Shown: piece after piece, positions 14,371 through 23,495 of the stretch
Layout: each line of letters begins with the position of its first letter
Position numbering within the stretch: position 1 is the stretch's first letter
Assembly: GCA_037924335.1 (NCBI GenBank)
Contig: JAXSMZ010000005.1
Span: forward strand, 1-64,000
From: Aquificaceae bacterium
GTDB lineage: Bacteria; Aquificota; Aquificia; Aquificales; Aquificaceae
Direction of reading: 5' to 3'
DNA: 64,000 nt
Position numbers and translations under genes: made by a program
Notes under the pieces: generated by a model
Seen by the model: only the letters and a program-made list of their open reading frames with translations
Databases searched by the model: none
Told to the model about the DNA's origin: nothing

Positions 14371-16665
14371 CTACTTTATTACAACCCTCACTACTTTATC
14401 GTCCTCCAAAGCCCATCTTTTTTTTGCCTTGTGCTCCCTTCTGGAGAGAAGCATTTCCTTCTGGTCTATCCTATCGTAAAAAACCTTTCCCATTTGCGTA
14501 GCAACCATGACCTCCGCAGACTCTTTTATGGGTATAAGGTCAACCAGATTACCTTTTGAAGAACCAAGCATATCCACCCCCTTTGTTCCTCTTCCCCTTG
14601 CAGATACCTCATCCACAGAGACTTTTTTTATGCTCCCATCGTCGGTTATCACCAGAAGGTAGGGGAAGTCCTTGACTGCTCTTATCCCGTTTACCCAGTC
14701 TCCGCTTTCAAGCTTTATACCCATAACACCCTTTGAACCTGCAGTTGCTGGAGGAATCTGAGAGATCGGAAATCTAAGGGCTCTTCCACCGTATGTGAAT
14801 ATTATCAGGTCTCCATCCTCTGGGGATTGCAGAATTCTTACTACCTCATCTTCCTCCGCAGAAAACTTTATTATGGACATGCCTTGAGCCTTGTATTCAA
14901 AATCAGCCAAGGGTATCTTTTTAACATACCCCATCTTTGTAGCCAATATTATCCTATCGCTCGCAAGATGTCTAACAAAGGCACCTATTATCCTCTCATC
15001 GCTCTCCTTAAAGGATACTTTGCTTCCATGCAATGCCTGGGAGCCTGCTATCCAGTATACCTTCCCTCTGTTGGATACCATAAAAAGACCTTCGCTGAAT
15101 GGTACATCCAGTATGTTGACCACTTCTCCCTCACCGTTTGCCTCCACAAGAGGAGATACCTTCCCATTTGCGTACACAACAACCATAAGCGATCCTACTT
15201 CCTCTGTCCTATCAATGTCTGAGATAAAGCTTCTCCTTGGATGCTGGAATGCTTTGGATATTTCCTCCGTTTCTTCTATGAACACCTTTATCCTCTCTTC
15301 CTCACTTTCTATGAGCTTTTTGTAATACTCTATCTTTTTAATAAGCTCCTTTTCTTCTTCCTCCAGCTTTGTTCTTTCAAGGGAAGTAAGCCTTTGTAGT
15401 CTCATGTCCAACACTGCGTTGGCTTGCTTGTCACTAAGGGAGTAATTTTTCATAAGCCTTTCCTTTGCCTCTGCGGTATCCTTGGACCCTTTTATGTCAT
15501 TTATAACTCTGTCCAAGTTCCCAAGGGCTACTATGAGACCCTGAACTGTATGAAACCTCTCCTCGGCTTTTGCCAGATGATACTTAGACCTCCTTAGGAT
15601 AACGTTGAGTCTATGCTTTATGAACTCGCTCAAAATCCTCTTAATGCCAACCCTTTTTGGCTCGTTGTCTATAAGCACTACAAAGTTGAGGGGGAAGTTC
15701 TTCCTCAACGCTGTGTATCTGTACAGCTTTTCCAAAGTTTTCTGAGTATCTGCTTCGCGCTTCAACTCCACAACTATCCTCACACCCTCCTTATCCGATT
15801 CATCCCTTATGTCGGATATCTCTTTTATTTTCCCCTCTCTTGCCAGCTCTGCCATTCGTTTTATAAGCTCAGACTTGTTCACCTGGTAGGGTATCTCTGT
15901 TATCACTATCTGTTCCCTTCCACCCTGAAGCTTTTCTGTATGGGCCTTTGCCCTTATCCTCACGTACCCCTTCCCAGTCTCATAAAACTCCTTTAGTTCT
16001 TTACCATTCTCTATGATCCCTCCAGTTGGGAAATCTGGTCCCTTTATGTGTTTCATTATCTCTTCCACGCTCATGTTTGGGTTCTTTGCCAGCTCTTTAA
16101 GGGCTGAGCAGACTTCTTTTACGTTGTGCGATGGTATGGATGTAGCAAGCCCAACGGCTATGCCAGTGCTTCCGTTGCAAAGCATGTTAGGAAACTTAGA
16201 AGGCAAAACAGAGGGTTCTAATGTGGAATTGTCAAAATTAGGAACAAAATCCACCGTTTCGTAATCTATATCTTCAAGGAGCTTCAAGGCTACCTTTGAC
16301 AGTTTTGCCTCTGAATATCTCATGGCTGCTGGCGGGTCACCATCTATGGAGCCAAAGTTCCCCTGTCCTATTATCATGCAGTAGCCCATGTTGAAGTCTT
16401 GAGCCATACGCACCAGAGTATCGTAAACAGCTTGATCGCCATGGGGATGATAATAACCGAGAACTGTACCAACGATCCTTGCACTCTTTACAAAGGGCTT
16501 ATCTGGCATAAGTCCCATTTGGTACATGGCATAGAGAATTCTTCTTTGGACAGGCTTTAGACCATCCCTCACGTCTGGGATGGCACGCCCGACTATGACT
16601 GACATAGCATAGTCTATATAAGATTGCTTTACTTCCTCTTCTATTGGTACTGTGATGATCTCCAT
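14371..16665 (-). CDS. gyrA: Type IIA topoisomerase subunit A (GyrA/ParC)
   Basis: [29 protein letters not shown] catalytic Tyr, beta-pinwheel CTD. Confidence 0.9.
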   Translation of the reverse strand: MEIITVPIEEEVKQSYIDYAMSVIVGRAIPDVRDGLKPVQRRILYAMYQMGLMPDKPFVKSARIVGTVLGYYHPHGDQAVYDTLVRMAQDFNMGYCMIIGQGNFGSIDGDPPAAMRYSEAKLSKVALKLLEDIDYETVDFVPNFDNSTLEPSVLPSKFPNMLCNGSTGIAVGLATSIPSHNVKEVCSALKELAKNPNMSVEEIMKHIKGPDFPTGGIIENGKELKEFYETGKGYVRIRAKAHTEKLQGGREQIVITEIPYQVNKSELIKRMAELAREGKIKEISDIRDESDKEGVRIVVELKREADTQKTLEKLYRYTALRKNFPLNFVVLIDNEPKRVGIKRILSEFIKHRLNVILRRSKYHLAKAEERFHTVQGLIVALGNLDRVINDIKGSKDTAEAKERLMKNYSLSDKQANAVLDMRLQRLTSLERTKLEEEEKELIKKIEYYKKLIESEEERIKVFIEETEEISKAFQHPRRSFISDIDRTEEVGSLMVVVYANGKVSPLVEANGEGEVVNILDVPFSEGLFMVSNRGKVYWIAGSQALHGSKVSFKESDERIIGAFVRHLASDRIILATKMGYVKKIPLADFEYKAQGMSIIKFSAEEDEVVRILQSPEDGDLIIFTYGGRALRFPISQIPPATAGSKGVMGIKLESGDWVNGIRAVKDFPYLLVITDDGSIKKVSVDEVSARGRGTKGVDMLGSSKGNLVDLIPIKESAEVMVATQMGKVFYDRIDQKEMLLSRREHKAKKRWALEDDKVVRVVIK

Positions 16666-16691
16666 TTTTCTTTGTTAATATTATAACACAA

Positions 16692-17963
16692 CTAAAAGGT
16701 AAGTCCAATTCTGGAGAGCTTCCTTTCGAGCAAAGCTTTAGCTCTCGAGCGTACTACTGGATACCTATGGTTTGCCAGTATCCTTAGAGTCTCCAAAGCT
16801 TCAGGATGGGACATCTTTATCAAAGCATCAGCCAATGCCATGAGTACAATAGGGTCGGCCTCCCTTCTGACCATGTGCTCAAGGTGAGGTAAAGCCATTG
16901 CAAGATCTTTTTTACCAATTGTATGTATGACGTTTAATCTCATCTCTCTTATGGGATGTTCTAAAGCCATGATGAGTTTGTACTCGTATGGCATGTTATG
17001 AAACTCGTTAAGGTTGTATCCACAGTTTGGACAAACCACATCTTTTTGAGATATAACACTCCAGCATGCTGGACAGAAGTATGTAATGGGCAATTGGTCA
17101 TCCGCTCTTAGAATCCTTAGCTTGCTGTCTTCCTTACCGTAGTCTTCTGGGTTTATAAAATGGAAAGACTTTATAATCTCCTTAGCTGCGTAAACTTCAA
17201 AGAGTGGTGCCTTTTCATCAAAGGAATCTACAAACAAAACCTTATCACCCAAATACACTTTGTATCCATAATCGTTCAGGGATACGCTAACTAGGAACAA
17301 GAAAGCGTCAGAATGTGCATTGGAGAATTTCCTTGCAAACTTTTCAGTTTCTTCCACAGTATGCAAAGTACCTATAAGTTTCAAATTGGAAAGAAGAAGA
17401 CTCAGCACGATAGGGTTAAGTTCGTACAAGTCAAAAAGACAGGAATCTCCTGTAAGGCTTGTAAAAAGCTCTTCAAAAGCTTCGCTGCCTTTTTTATCCT
17501 TAAGCCTTGCATCTACAATAAGCCCCCCTTGTAAGAAAACATACCCTACTTCCCTCTTTATCCTGTTCTCTATTCTAATATAACCAGTTGTTTCAAAGTC
17601 TCTCAGTTTTCTGAAAAATTCCAAAAGGTTGAAGCCTAAACTCTCCATGTTTATCCATACTGTTTTCTGTCTCGATAGGGGAAGCCTTAGGTTTTCTTCC
17701 AGGTTGAAGAAGTGTATGAGTAAGTTCTCCGTAGTTCTGTAAAAGCTAAACATATCAAAATCTTCCCTTAGATTTCCTATAAGCCTACCCTCGAGTATAG
17801 GTTCCACATGTGTACTGTTCAACGATTGGAAAATATAAATACCCGATCGCATAGAAGAGCTATGTATTTCATGTATCCATGTTATATTGACTACTTCTCT
17901 GTTTAGCGGTCCAAGGGTAGGCTTTTCCCCTTTAATTAGGTAAAAGAGCTTTTCTCCCATCAA
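16692..17963 (-). CDS. Multidomain protein: DUF4388/PATAN-like, Zn-ribbon, HEAT repeats
   Basis: TGYIRIEN...GYVFLQGGLIVDA segment, CPACW-x9-CPNCG, C-terminal HEAT-like helical repeats. Confidence 0.65.
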   Translation of the reverse strand: MMGEKLFYLIKGEKPTLGPLNREVVNITWIHEIHSSSMRSGIYIFQSLNSTHVEPILEGRLIGNLREDFDMFSFYRTTENLLIHFFNLEENLRLPLSRQKTVWINMESLGFNLLEFFRKLRDFETTGYIRIENRIKREVGYVFLQGGLIVDARLKDKKGSEAFEELFTSLTGDSCLFDLYELNPIVLSLLLSNLKLIGTLHTVEETEKFARKFSNAHSDAFLFLVSVSLNDYGYKVYLGDKVLFVDSFDEKAPLFEVYAAKEIIKSFHFINPEDYGKEDSKLRILRADDQLPITYFCPACWSVISQKDVVCPNCGYNLNEFHNMPYEYKLIMALEHPIREMRLNVIHTIGKKDLAMALPHLEHMVRREADPIVLMALADALIKMSHPEALETLRILANHRYPVVRSRAKALLERKLSRIGLTF

Positions 17964-18462
17964 TGGCTACCTTCAGGGCTTCTTTGAAAGTATCAATTAC
18001 ACCTATACCTTCTTTTGCCACTGCCGGAACTAAAGTGTACATGTTGAAAAATCTCTCTACCTCCTCAAAGGGTATTGGATTCTTTGAGTCCCTTTTGTTT
18101 GCCTGCACTACTATGGGAATCTTTAAGTTTCTTATTTCCTCAAAGGCTTCTAAGTTCTCACGAAGGCTTCTTGAAGAATCTAATACAAAAACAATAGCAT
18201 CCACGTGACCAAAGAACCATGGCCTTATTGTGGAGAACCTTTTCTGCCCTGGCGTTGTGAACAAGGATACAAAAAGCTCATCATTGTTCGTCTTTACCCT
18301 AAGCTTTAGCACGAGAACATCCAGGTAAACTGTTCTTCCTTCCTCAGTTTGCTGATGGAATCTGTCATAAATGTGGTCGCTAAACATTTCTTTGAGTTTT
18401 TCCAAGTTTGTTGTTTTACCCGCCATGCCAAGCCCATGGTAGAGTATTCGCAGCTCTTTCAT
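17932..18462 (-). CDS. mglA: MglA-like small GTPase
   Basis: GLGMAGKTTNL, RTVYLD switch I, TTPGQ, NKRD. Confidence 0.85.
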   Translation of the reverse strand: MKELRILYHGLGMAGKTTNLEKLKEMFSDHIYDRFHQQTEEGRTVYLDVLVLKLRVKTNNDELFVSLFTTPGQKRFSTIRPWFFGHVDAIVFVLDSSRSLRENLEAFEEIRNLKIPIVVQANKRDSKNPIPFEEVERFFNMYTLVPAVAKEGIGVIDTFKEALKVAIDGRKALLPN

Positions 18463-18911
18463 ATTGCGATATCCTCAAGCCTTATGGTAAGGCTCTCTTT
18501 CCCCCTTGAAACGGCTTTGTCAAGGGTTGAGGATATACTATGAGCAAGCTTTTCCATAAAAAGCCTTACGCTGCCCAAAGGTGTTTTGTTGGAGAAAAAG
18601 GTAAACAGCAGGAATTGGTGTTGGGTTATGATAAGATACACGCTTTTTGTGGTGCCAGATACAAAAAGGTGCCTTCCACGGTCTATAAAATTATCTAGAT
18701 AATCAAGCGCACCGTTGACTGCCGCCGATATAACAGAGCTTCTCAAGGCAAAGGGTTTTACTGTGTCCAACTGTGGTGCAAAGGTTACAACTCTTCCACC
18801 AGCATCCGAGAGAACAACAAGTTCCACGCTTAAGTTTCTCGCAAAATTTTCAAGGCACTTGCTTAGCTCCTCTATTTCCTCTTGAAGAAACTTGTAAGAT
18901 ACAACATCCAT
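18459..18911 (-). CDS. mglB: Roadblock/LC7 protein (MglB-like)
   Basis: VVLSDAGGRVV, TPLGSVRL; overlaps mglA start; GGAGGAGG RBS. Confidence 0.8.
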   Translation of the reverse strand: MDVVSYKFLQEEIEELSKCLENFARNLSVELVVLSDAGGRVVTFAPQLDTVKPFALRSSVISAAVNGALDYLDNFIDRGRHLFVSGTTKSVYLIITQHQFLLFTFFSNKTPLGSVRLFMEKLAHSISSTLDKAVSRGKESLTIRLEDIAI

Positions 18912-18946
18912 CCTTCTACCTCCTCCTTACAATTTACCTTAAAACT

Positions 18947-18963
18947 ATTAAGAATCTGTTAAG
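18947..18963 (-). promoter_or_regulatory. CTTAAC-N5-CTTAAT direct-repeat box upstream of mglB
   Basis: Minus strand CTTAACagattCTTAAT, 10 bp, then TAAATT. Confidence 0.6.
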
Positions 18964-19139
18964 GAGAACTGAAGTTGTTGAAAAAAACCATTATGGTAAA
19001 ATTACGCAAGATGCTAACTCCTGAAAAGGGCAGTTCATTAACTGCATGTGCAGGGTTTGTGGAGAGACCCGAGAAGGTCATTAGTTTCTGTTTCAAGGGA
19101 CAGAGGCGATAGTTTATTCTTTACACACCCTGAGGAGAA

Positions 19140-19156
19140 CTTAACCAAATCTTAAC
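19140..19156 (+). promoter_or_regulatory. CTTAAC-N5-CTTAAC direct-repeat box upstream of fez-like operon
   Basis: CTTAACcaaatCTTAAC 23 bp before first ORF. Confidence 0.6.
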
Positions 19157-19179
19157 AGTAGGCTCTTTAAATATATAAA

Positions 19180-19554
19180 GTGATGATTGAATATGTGTCC
19201 AAGAGGGAAGAAGAGGTAAGACTACTCTTTAGCACAAAGGAGGGGAGGGACCTCTTTTCCAATGCCATACGAAAAATAAATGGGGTCATAAGCGTTGATT
19301 ACAAACAGAGCACAAAGGCTGTTACCGTCAAGTACAGAAAGGACACTCCAGCAAGTCTAATTTTGGAACACATAGAGCCTAAAAGGCTCGATAGGTTGGA
19401 TAGGACAGATGTTCACTTCTATATTTTTCCCTTTTTAAAACACCCTGCTGTTAAGCTCGCCTTCAGCATGCTTATGCTAGGTAGCATATCTGGTATTGTG
19501 GTTTTTGGTGTTTGTTCTCTTTTCCTTGTTCCTTACTTAAAAACAAAGCTTTAG
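19180..19554 (+). CDS. HMA-like domain membrane protein with GxxxG (FezC-like)
   Basis: INGVISVDYKQSTKAVTVKY HMA-like fold without CxxC; C-terminal TM LGSISG. Confidence 0.6.
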   Translation: MMIEYVSKREEEVRLLFSTKEGRDLFSNAIRKINGVISVDYKQSTKAVTVKYRKDTPASLILEHIEPKRLDRLDRTDVHFYIFPFLKHPAVKLAFSMLMLGSISGIVVFGVCSLFLVPYLKTKL

Positions 19555-19564
19555 GAGGTGTTAG

Positions 19565-19873
19565 ATGTTTAACATACCACTCAGGATTGGTGGATGCTTA
19601 TCCACTAACATGATGTTTTACGGTGTCGGTACTCTTGCAGGATTGGTAGTGATCAACAAGCTATTAAGGGATTCAAAGCCCTTTCTCGTTGCCGCTGCAA
19701 AAGAAACCATAGCCTTCCAACAATGGGTATCTGGTAATTTGGAGGAGAGTAAAGAGTTTTGGGAAGATGTGTTCTCTGAGGCAAGGCACGCATACAGAAT
19801 GGAGGTGGAGAAAAAGCTTCAGGTTCTTCAAAAACAACAAGAGATACTTCAGAAAATAAAGGAAAAGCTATAA
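19565..19873 (+). CDS. Small GxxxG membrane/coiled-coil protein (FezA/DUF5132-like)
   Basis: GVGTLAG TM, KPFLVAAAKE, EFWEDVFSEAR; AGGAGG RBS. Confidence 0.6.
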   Translation: MFNIPLRIGGCLSTNMMFYGVGTLAGLVVINKLLRDSKPFLVAAAKETIAFQQWVSGNLEESKEFWEDVFSEARHAYRMEVEKKLQVLQKQQEILQKIKEKL

Positions 19874-19879
19874 AGGAGG

Positions 19880-20089
19880 ATGAATATGAACGGAATAGGA
19901 TCTATAGTTGGTAGGATCTTCTGTTCCGGACCTTTCAGTTTTGCCTTGGGTTTTGGTGTAGGGGTTTTTGCCCTGTACCTTTTGGAGAGAGCCAAGGAGA
20001 AAAAAAGGTTTGAAGAAACTTACAAGGAAACGGAAGCTCTTTTGAAAGCCTTAGAGGTAAAGGTAAAAGAAGAAGGAAAGGAAGCCTGA
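19880..20089 (+). CDS. Small GxxxG membrane protein
   Basis: FALGFGVGVFALY TM then charged helix; AAGGAGG RBS. Confidence 0.6.
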   Translation: MNMNGIGSIVGRIFCSGPFSFALGFGVGVFALYLLERAKEKKRFEETYKETEALLKALEVKVKEEGKEA

Positions 20090-20090
20090 T

Positions 20091-22163
20091 ATGCCCATAC
20101 CGTATAAGATAAAGAGGCTCTCTTACGGAAAGATAACAGTAAGCTCTTATCTTTTAAGACATCCAGTCCTTGGAAAAGATACTGTGGAAGAATACTTTCT
20201 TAGGTTTAATGGCGTAATAAAAGTCAGGTGCAGGAAGAGCAGCGGGAGCCTTACCTTGGAGTACAACCCAGACACTTTCAACCTTATAGAATTTATCAAC
20301 TTCTTGGAAAGTAGCTCCCTTGAACTCTTTCTTGAGGAGCTCTCCAAGCGCAGTGTAGAAAAAAAGCAGGCTAAAAGAACAAGCTGGCTATGGTTTACAT
20401 TAGCCGGGTTTGTACCCTATCTTTTCAGGTCTTTTTTCCCAAATCCATTGCTGAGTATCATGACCCTCTCCCTCTCTTTCCCTGTTTTTAAAAAGGCTTT
20501 TAGCTCGCTAAAGGCAAGAAGGCTTGACGTTCATTTCCTTGACTCTGCTGCCATACTCACATCTACCTTTTCAGGAAACCCTCTGACGTCACATATCATG
20601 ATCTTCCTTCTCTCAGTTGGTGATTACATGGAGGATAAAATAGAGAAAAAAGCGTACAGTCAGATAGAAAAACTGCTAAGCTACGAAGAGGACCATGCAT
20701 GGCTAATGGTAGATAACGGGCAAGGCGTTAAAGTGAGAGCCAACGAGCTCAAAAGAGGAGACCTTATAGTGGTTTATGCTAGTGAGAAGATATCTGCAGA
20801 TGGAAGGGTTGTGGAGGGGGAGGCTTTGGTAAATCAAGCATCCTTAACTGGTGAATCCAACCCAGTCCTTAAAAAATTTGGAGATAAGGTATATGCAGGA
20901 ACTTTTGTGGAGGATGGTAAGCTGTACGTTAGGGTGGAAGAGGTGGGAAATGAGACGGTGCTTGCCAAGATAGTCAACATAATTGAAAACAGCGTCAAAG
21001 AGCCCATAAGCATACAGAAAAAGGCTGAATACCTAGCCAACAGGTTTGTTACTCCAACACTCCTTTTGGGTGGCCTTTCTTACCTTACAAGTGGGCAAAC
21101 GAACAGGCTAACAGCCACTCTTATAATGGACTATCACACAGGTATACACCTTGCAACACCACTTAGTGTTATGTTCCATATAGCTCAAGCGGCAAATTTA
21201 GGGATCCTCATAAAAAGCGGCAGTAAACTGGAAGCTCTATCGAGAGTGGATACTGTGGTAATAGACAAAACCGGAACCCTTACAGTAGGACAACCAAGGG
21301 TTACTGACATAGTTGGTCTTGGTATGGAAAAGGATGATGTTCTGCTCTATGGAGCATCCCTTGAACAAAGGATAACCCACCCTGTAGCGAAAGCTCTTGT
21401 AATGCTTGCTAAAGAGAGAGGCATGGAACTCATTCCAAGAGAAAACTCTAAGTACCACATAGGGCTTGGTATAGAGGGATACCTAAATGGTGTACCTTTT
21501 ATGCTTGGTAGCACAAGGTTCATGCAGAAGAAGAGGATAAGGATAAGCCAGGAGATAAAAGACCTTGTTGACAGGTTTCATTCAGAATCCAAGTCTGTAC
21601 TTTACTTGGTAAGAGAAAGGCATGTCATTGGATTGTTTGCCTTTACTGACCCTCTAAGGGAAGAGGCAGTGGATGTGGTAAAAGAACTGGAAAGAAGGGG
21701 TAAAAGAGTGGTTTTATGCACTGGGGACAATGAGGGAGCAGCCAAATACATAGCCATGAAGCTTGGAATGGATGAGTACTATGCCAGAGCTTTTCCAGAA
21801 GAGAAGGCTAAGATAGTTCAGAAAATGAGGGGGGAGGGAAGGGTTGTGGCTTTTGTTGGAGACGGTGTTAACGATTCACCAGCCTTATCTTCAGCAGATG
21901 TAGGCATATCCCTAAGGGGTGGGACAGACATAGCTATAGAGCTTGCGGATGTAGTTATAGGTGATAGCTTATGGTACATTCTTGACGCTGTAGATATAGC
22001 CGATAAAGCCATGAGCAAACTGAGGAGAATATATCAGGTCAATGCCTTTACAAACACTGTTGGGCTTTTAGGCTCTTTGTTGGGTCTTTTCAGACCAAGC
22101 ATTTCCACTTTAATAAACAATGGTACCACTGTGTTCTTAGGTTTTTATGCCATAAAAAAGTAG
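20091..22163 (+). CDS. Heavy-metal P1B-type ATPase, P1B-6/FezB-like
   Basis: TGES, DKTGTLT, HP, GDGVNDSPALS; TM4 DYHTG instead of CPx; Cys-less HMA-like N-terminus. Confidence 0.88.
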   Translation: MPIPYKIKRLSYGKITVSSYLLRHPVLGKDTVEEYFLRFNGVIKVRCRKSSGSLTLEYNPDTFNLIEFINFLESSSLELFLEELSKRSVEKKQAKRTSWLWFTLAGFVPYLFRSFFPNPLLSIMTLSLSFPVFKKAFSSLKARRLDVHFLDSAAILTSTFSGNPLTSHIMIFLLSVGDYMEDKIEKKAYSQIEKLLSYEEDHAWLMVDNGQGVKVRANELKRGDLIVVYASEKISADGRVVEGEALVNQASLTGESNPVLKKFGDKVYAGTFVEDGKLYVRVEEVGNETVLAKIVNIIENSVKEPISIQKKAEYLANRFVTPTLLLGGLSYLTSGQTNRLTATLIMDYHTGIHLATPLSVMFHIAQAANLGILIKSGSKLEALSRVDTVVIDKTGTLTVGQPRVTDIVGLGMEKDDVLLYGASLEQRITHPVAKALVMLAKERGMELIPRENSKYHIGLGIEGYLNGVPFMLGSTRFMQKKRIRISQEIKDLVDRFHSESKSVLYLVRERHVIGLFAFTDPLREEAVDVVKELERRGKRVVLCTGDNEGAAKYIAMKLGMDEYYARAFPEEKAKIVQKMRGEGRVVAFVGDGVNDSPALSSADVGISLRGGTDIAIELADVVIGDSLWYILDAVDIADKAMSKLRRIYQVNAFTNTVGLLGSLLGLFRPSISTLINNGTTVFLGFYAIKK

Positions 22164-22179
22164 AAAGGAGGTAAAAAAA

Positions 22180-22275
22180 ATGGAAGAGAAGAACATTTAC
22201 CAGGAGCTTGAAGAACTTAAAAAGAAGATAGGTAGCACAGAAGAGAAAAGCATAAAAGCCATGAGAGAAAAATAG
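22180..22275 (+). CDS. 31-aa charged coiled-coil peptide (not in ORF track)
   Basis: AAGGAGGT RBS, ATG 22180, MEEKNIYQELEELKKKIGSTEEKSIKAMREK*. Confidence 0.55.
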   Translation: MEEKNIYQELEELKKKIGSTEEKSIKAMREK

Positions 22276-22292
22276 GAGGAAAAGCCCGAAAA

Positions 22293-22550
22293 ATGAAGTT
22301 TGTAAGAACAAGGAGCGGAAGATTTCTCAACGTTCTTCATATGATATCCCTTTCTGTGGAAGAGACCAGGATAGAGATAGATGGAAAAAAGAGGTTGGTT
22401 TATAAGCTCATAGCGCATATGAGCCAGCCTCTTCTTCCCGCCGTCCTTGGCATATATTCTACAGAAGATAAAGCCTACGCTATACTAGAAGACACAGTTA
22501 GAAGACTTTCTGGAGATGAAAGGATAGTAAGCGTTGAGAGTGAGTTCTGA
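22293..22550 (+). CDS. Hypothetical protein
   Basis: AGGAGG RBS upstream, in operon order. Confidence 0.6.
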   Translation: MKFVRTRSGRFLNVLHMISLSVEETRIEIDGKKRLVYKLIAHMSQPLLPAVLGIYSTEDKAYAILEDTVRRLSGDERIVSVESEF

Positions 22551-22875
22551 AGACCTCCTTACAAACTTGAAAACCATTATCCACAGGATAAACTGCGAGC
22601 ATAAGAAGATACTTGAAAGGTTAGATAAGAATATGCTATTGATAGTCCATATGCCTGACAATAAGGAAGTCCACCTTTCCATAGACAGCGACGGTGTAAA
22701 GTATTTGGAAAAACCCGTGTGTGTTGAAAGCGTTGTAAAGATCGGTTACAGAGACCTCATGCGTCTTATCGATGATCCGTCCAAAGCTGTTAGATACCTG
22801 CTCCAAGGGAGGATCCTTATTAAGGGAGACCTAAGTCTGATAGAAAAGCTTATGAGTATTATAGGATCCTATTGA
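22534..22875 (+). CDS. SCP2 sterol/lipid-binding domain protein
   Basis: DLMRLI...AVRYLLQGRILIKGDLSL resembles SCP2 C-terminal motif. Confidence 0.7.
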   Translation: MRVSSEDLLTNLKTIIHRINCEHKKILERLDKNMLLIVHMPDNKEVHLSIDSDGVKYLEKPVCVESVVKIGYRDLMRLIDDPSKAVRYLLQGRILIKGDLSLIEKLMSIIGSY

Positions 22876-23065
22876 TAGCCCTAGTCATCAGGTTTTCAAG
22901 TATGCCACCGATCACAAAGGATTCTATAAGTATAGTCTTGTCCTTCCCCGTTAGGAAAGTATCCCTTTCTCTTTTCCTTACCCTGTCTCCCTTCTTTAAG
23001 TATCTCCTGTACTCTTCAATGCGTCTTTCTACACTCTCCATCAGCTCATCTATTCTCTTTTCCAT
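22859..23065 (-). CDS. Small basic hypothetical protein
   Basis: ATG ORF with its own box plus -10 promoter directly upstream. Confidence 0.55.
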   Translation of the reverse strand: MEKRIDELMESVERRIEEYRRYLKKGDRVRKRERDTFLTGKDKTILIESFVIGGILENLMTRAINRIL

Positions 23066-23089
23066 AGACTGATATGTTAAAGCTTCAAT

Positions 23090-23106
23090 GTTAAGATTTC
23101 ATTAAG
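23090..23106 (-). promoter_or_regulatory. CTTAAT-N5-CTTAAC direct-repeat box
   Basis: Minus strand CTTAATgaaatCTTAAC, 10 bp, TAACAT, 8 bp, ATG 23065. Confidence 0.55.
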
Positions 23107-23495
23107 AAGATGCACATGTTTTCTTTGTGAGGAAAGTCGTACATGACATTTTGATAAAAAGATTCTATCTTTCCAAAGCACAGCCAGCAAAAAGCATGCT
23201 CCATAGGTCTTAGCCCCGAATGTTCTATGAGACTTCTAAAGTAACAGTTGGAGACTATAACTTTATTGTCTTTTTTTGATAGCTCATCATGTACAGGTTC
23301 TATCTTCTTAGCCAACGCCCTGAGTATGGGAGCAACGACTCCTACGCCAAACATCTCTTGTAGTTTTTGTACAGTGTAGAAGATCTTTTCTCTTTCATCT
23401 TTGCCCTCAAATTCCTTTGCAACCCTTTCGACTATGAGGCTTAAACCTCTTCCAGCATAGATTTCTAACTCTTTTATAAATTCCTCCAATCTCAT
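23091..23495 (-). CDS. Hypothetical Cys-containing protein (V4R/ligand-binding-like)
   Basis: NCYF...FCWLCFG...CIF Cys pattern. Confidence 0.55.
   Translation of the reverse strand: MRLEEFIKELEIYAGRGLSLIVERVAKEFEGKDEREKIFYTVQKLQEMFGVGVVAPILRALAKKIEPVHDELSKKDNKVIVSNCYFRSLIEHSGLRPMEHAFCWLCFGKIESFYQNVMYDFPHKENMCIFLMKS

Noticed and set aside
18912..19179. Fur box upstream of the fez-like operon
   Set aside because: No GATAATGATAATCATTATC-like palindrome seen; the direct-repeat box is the only clear motif
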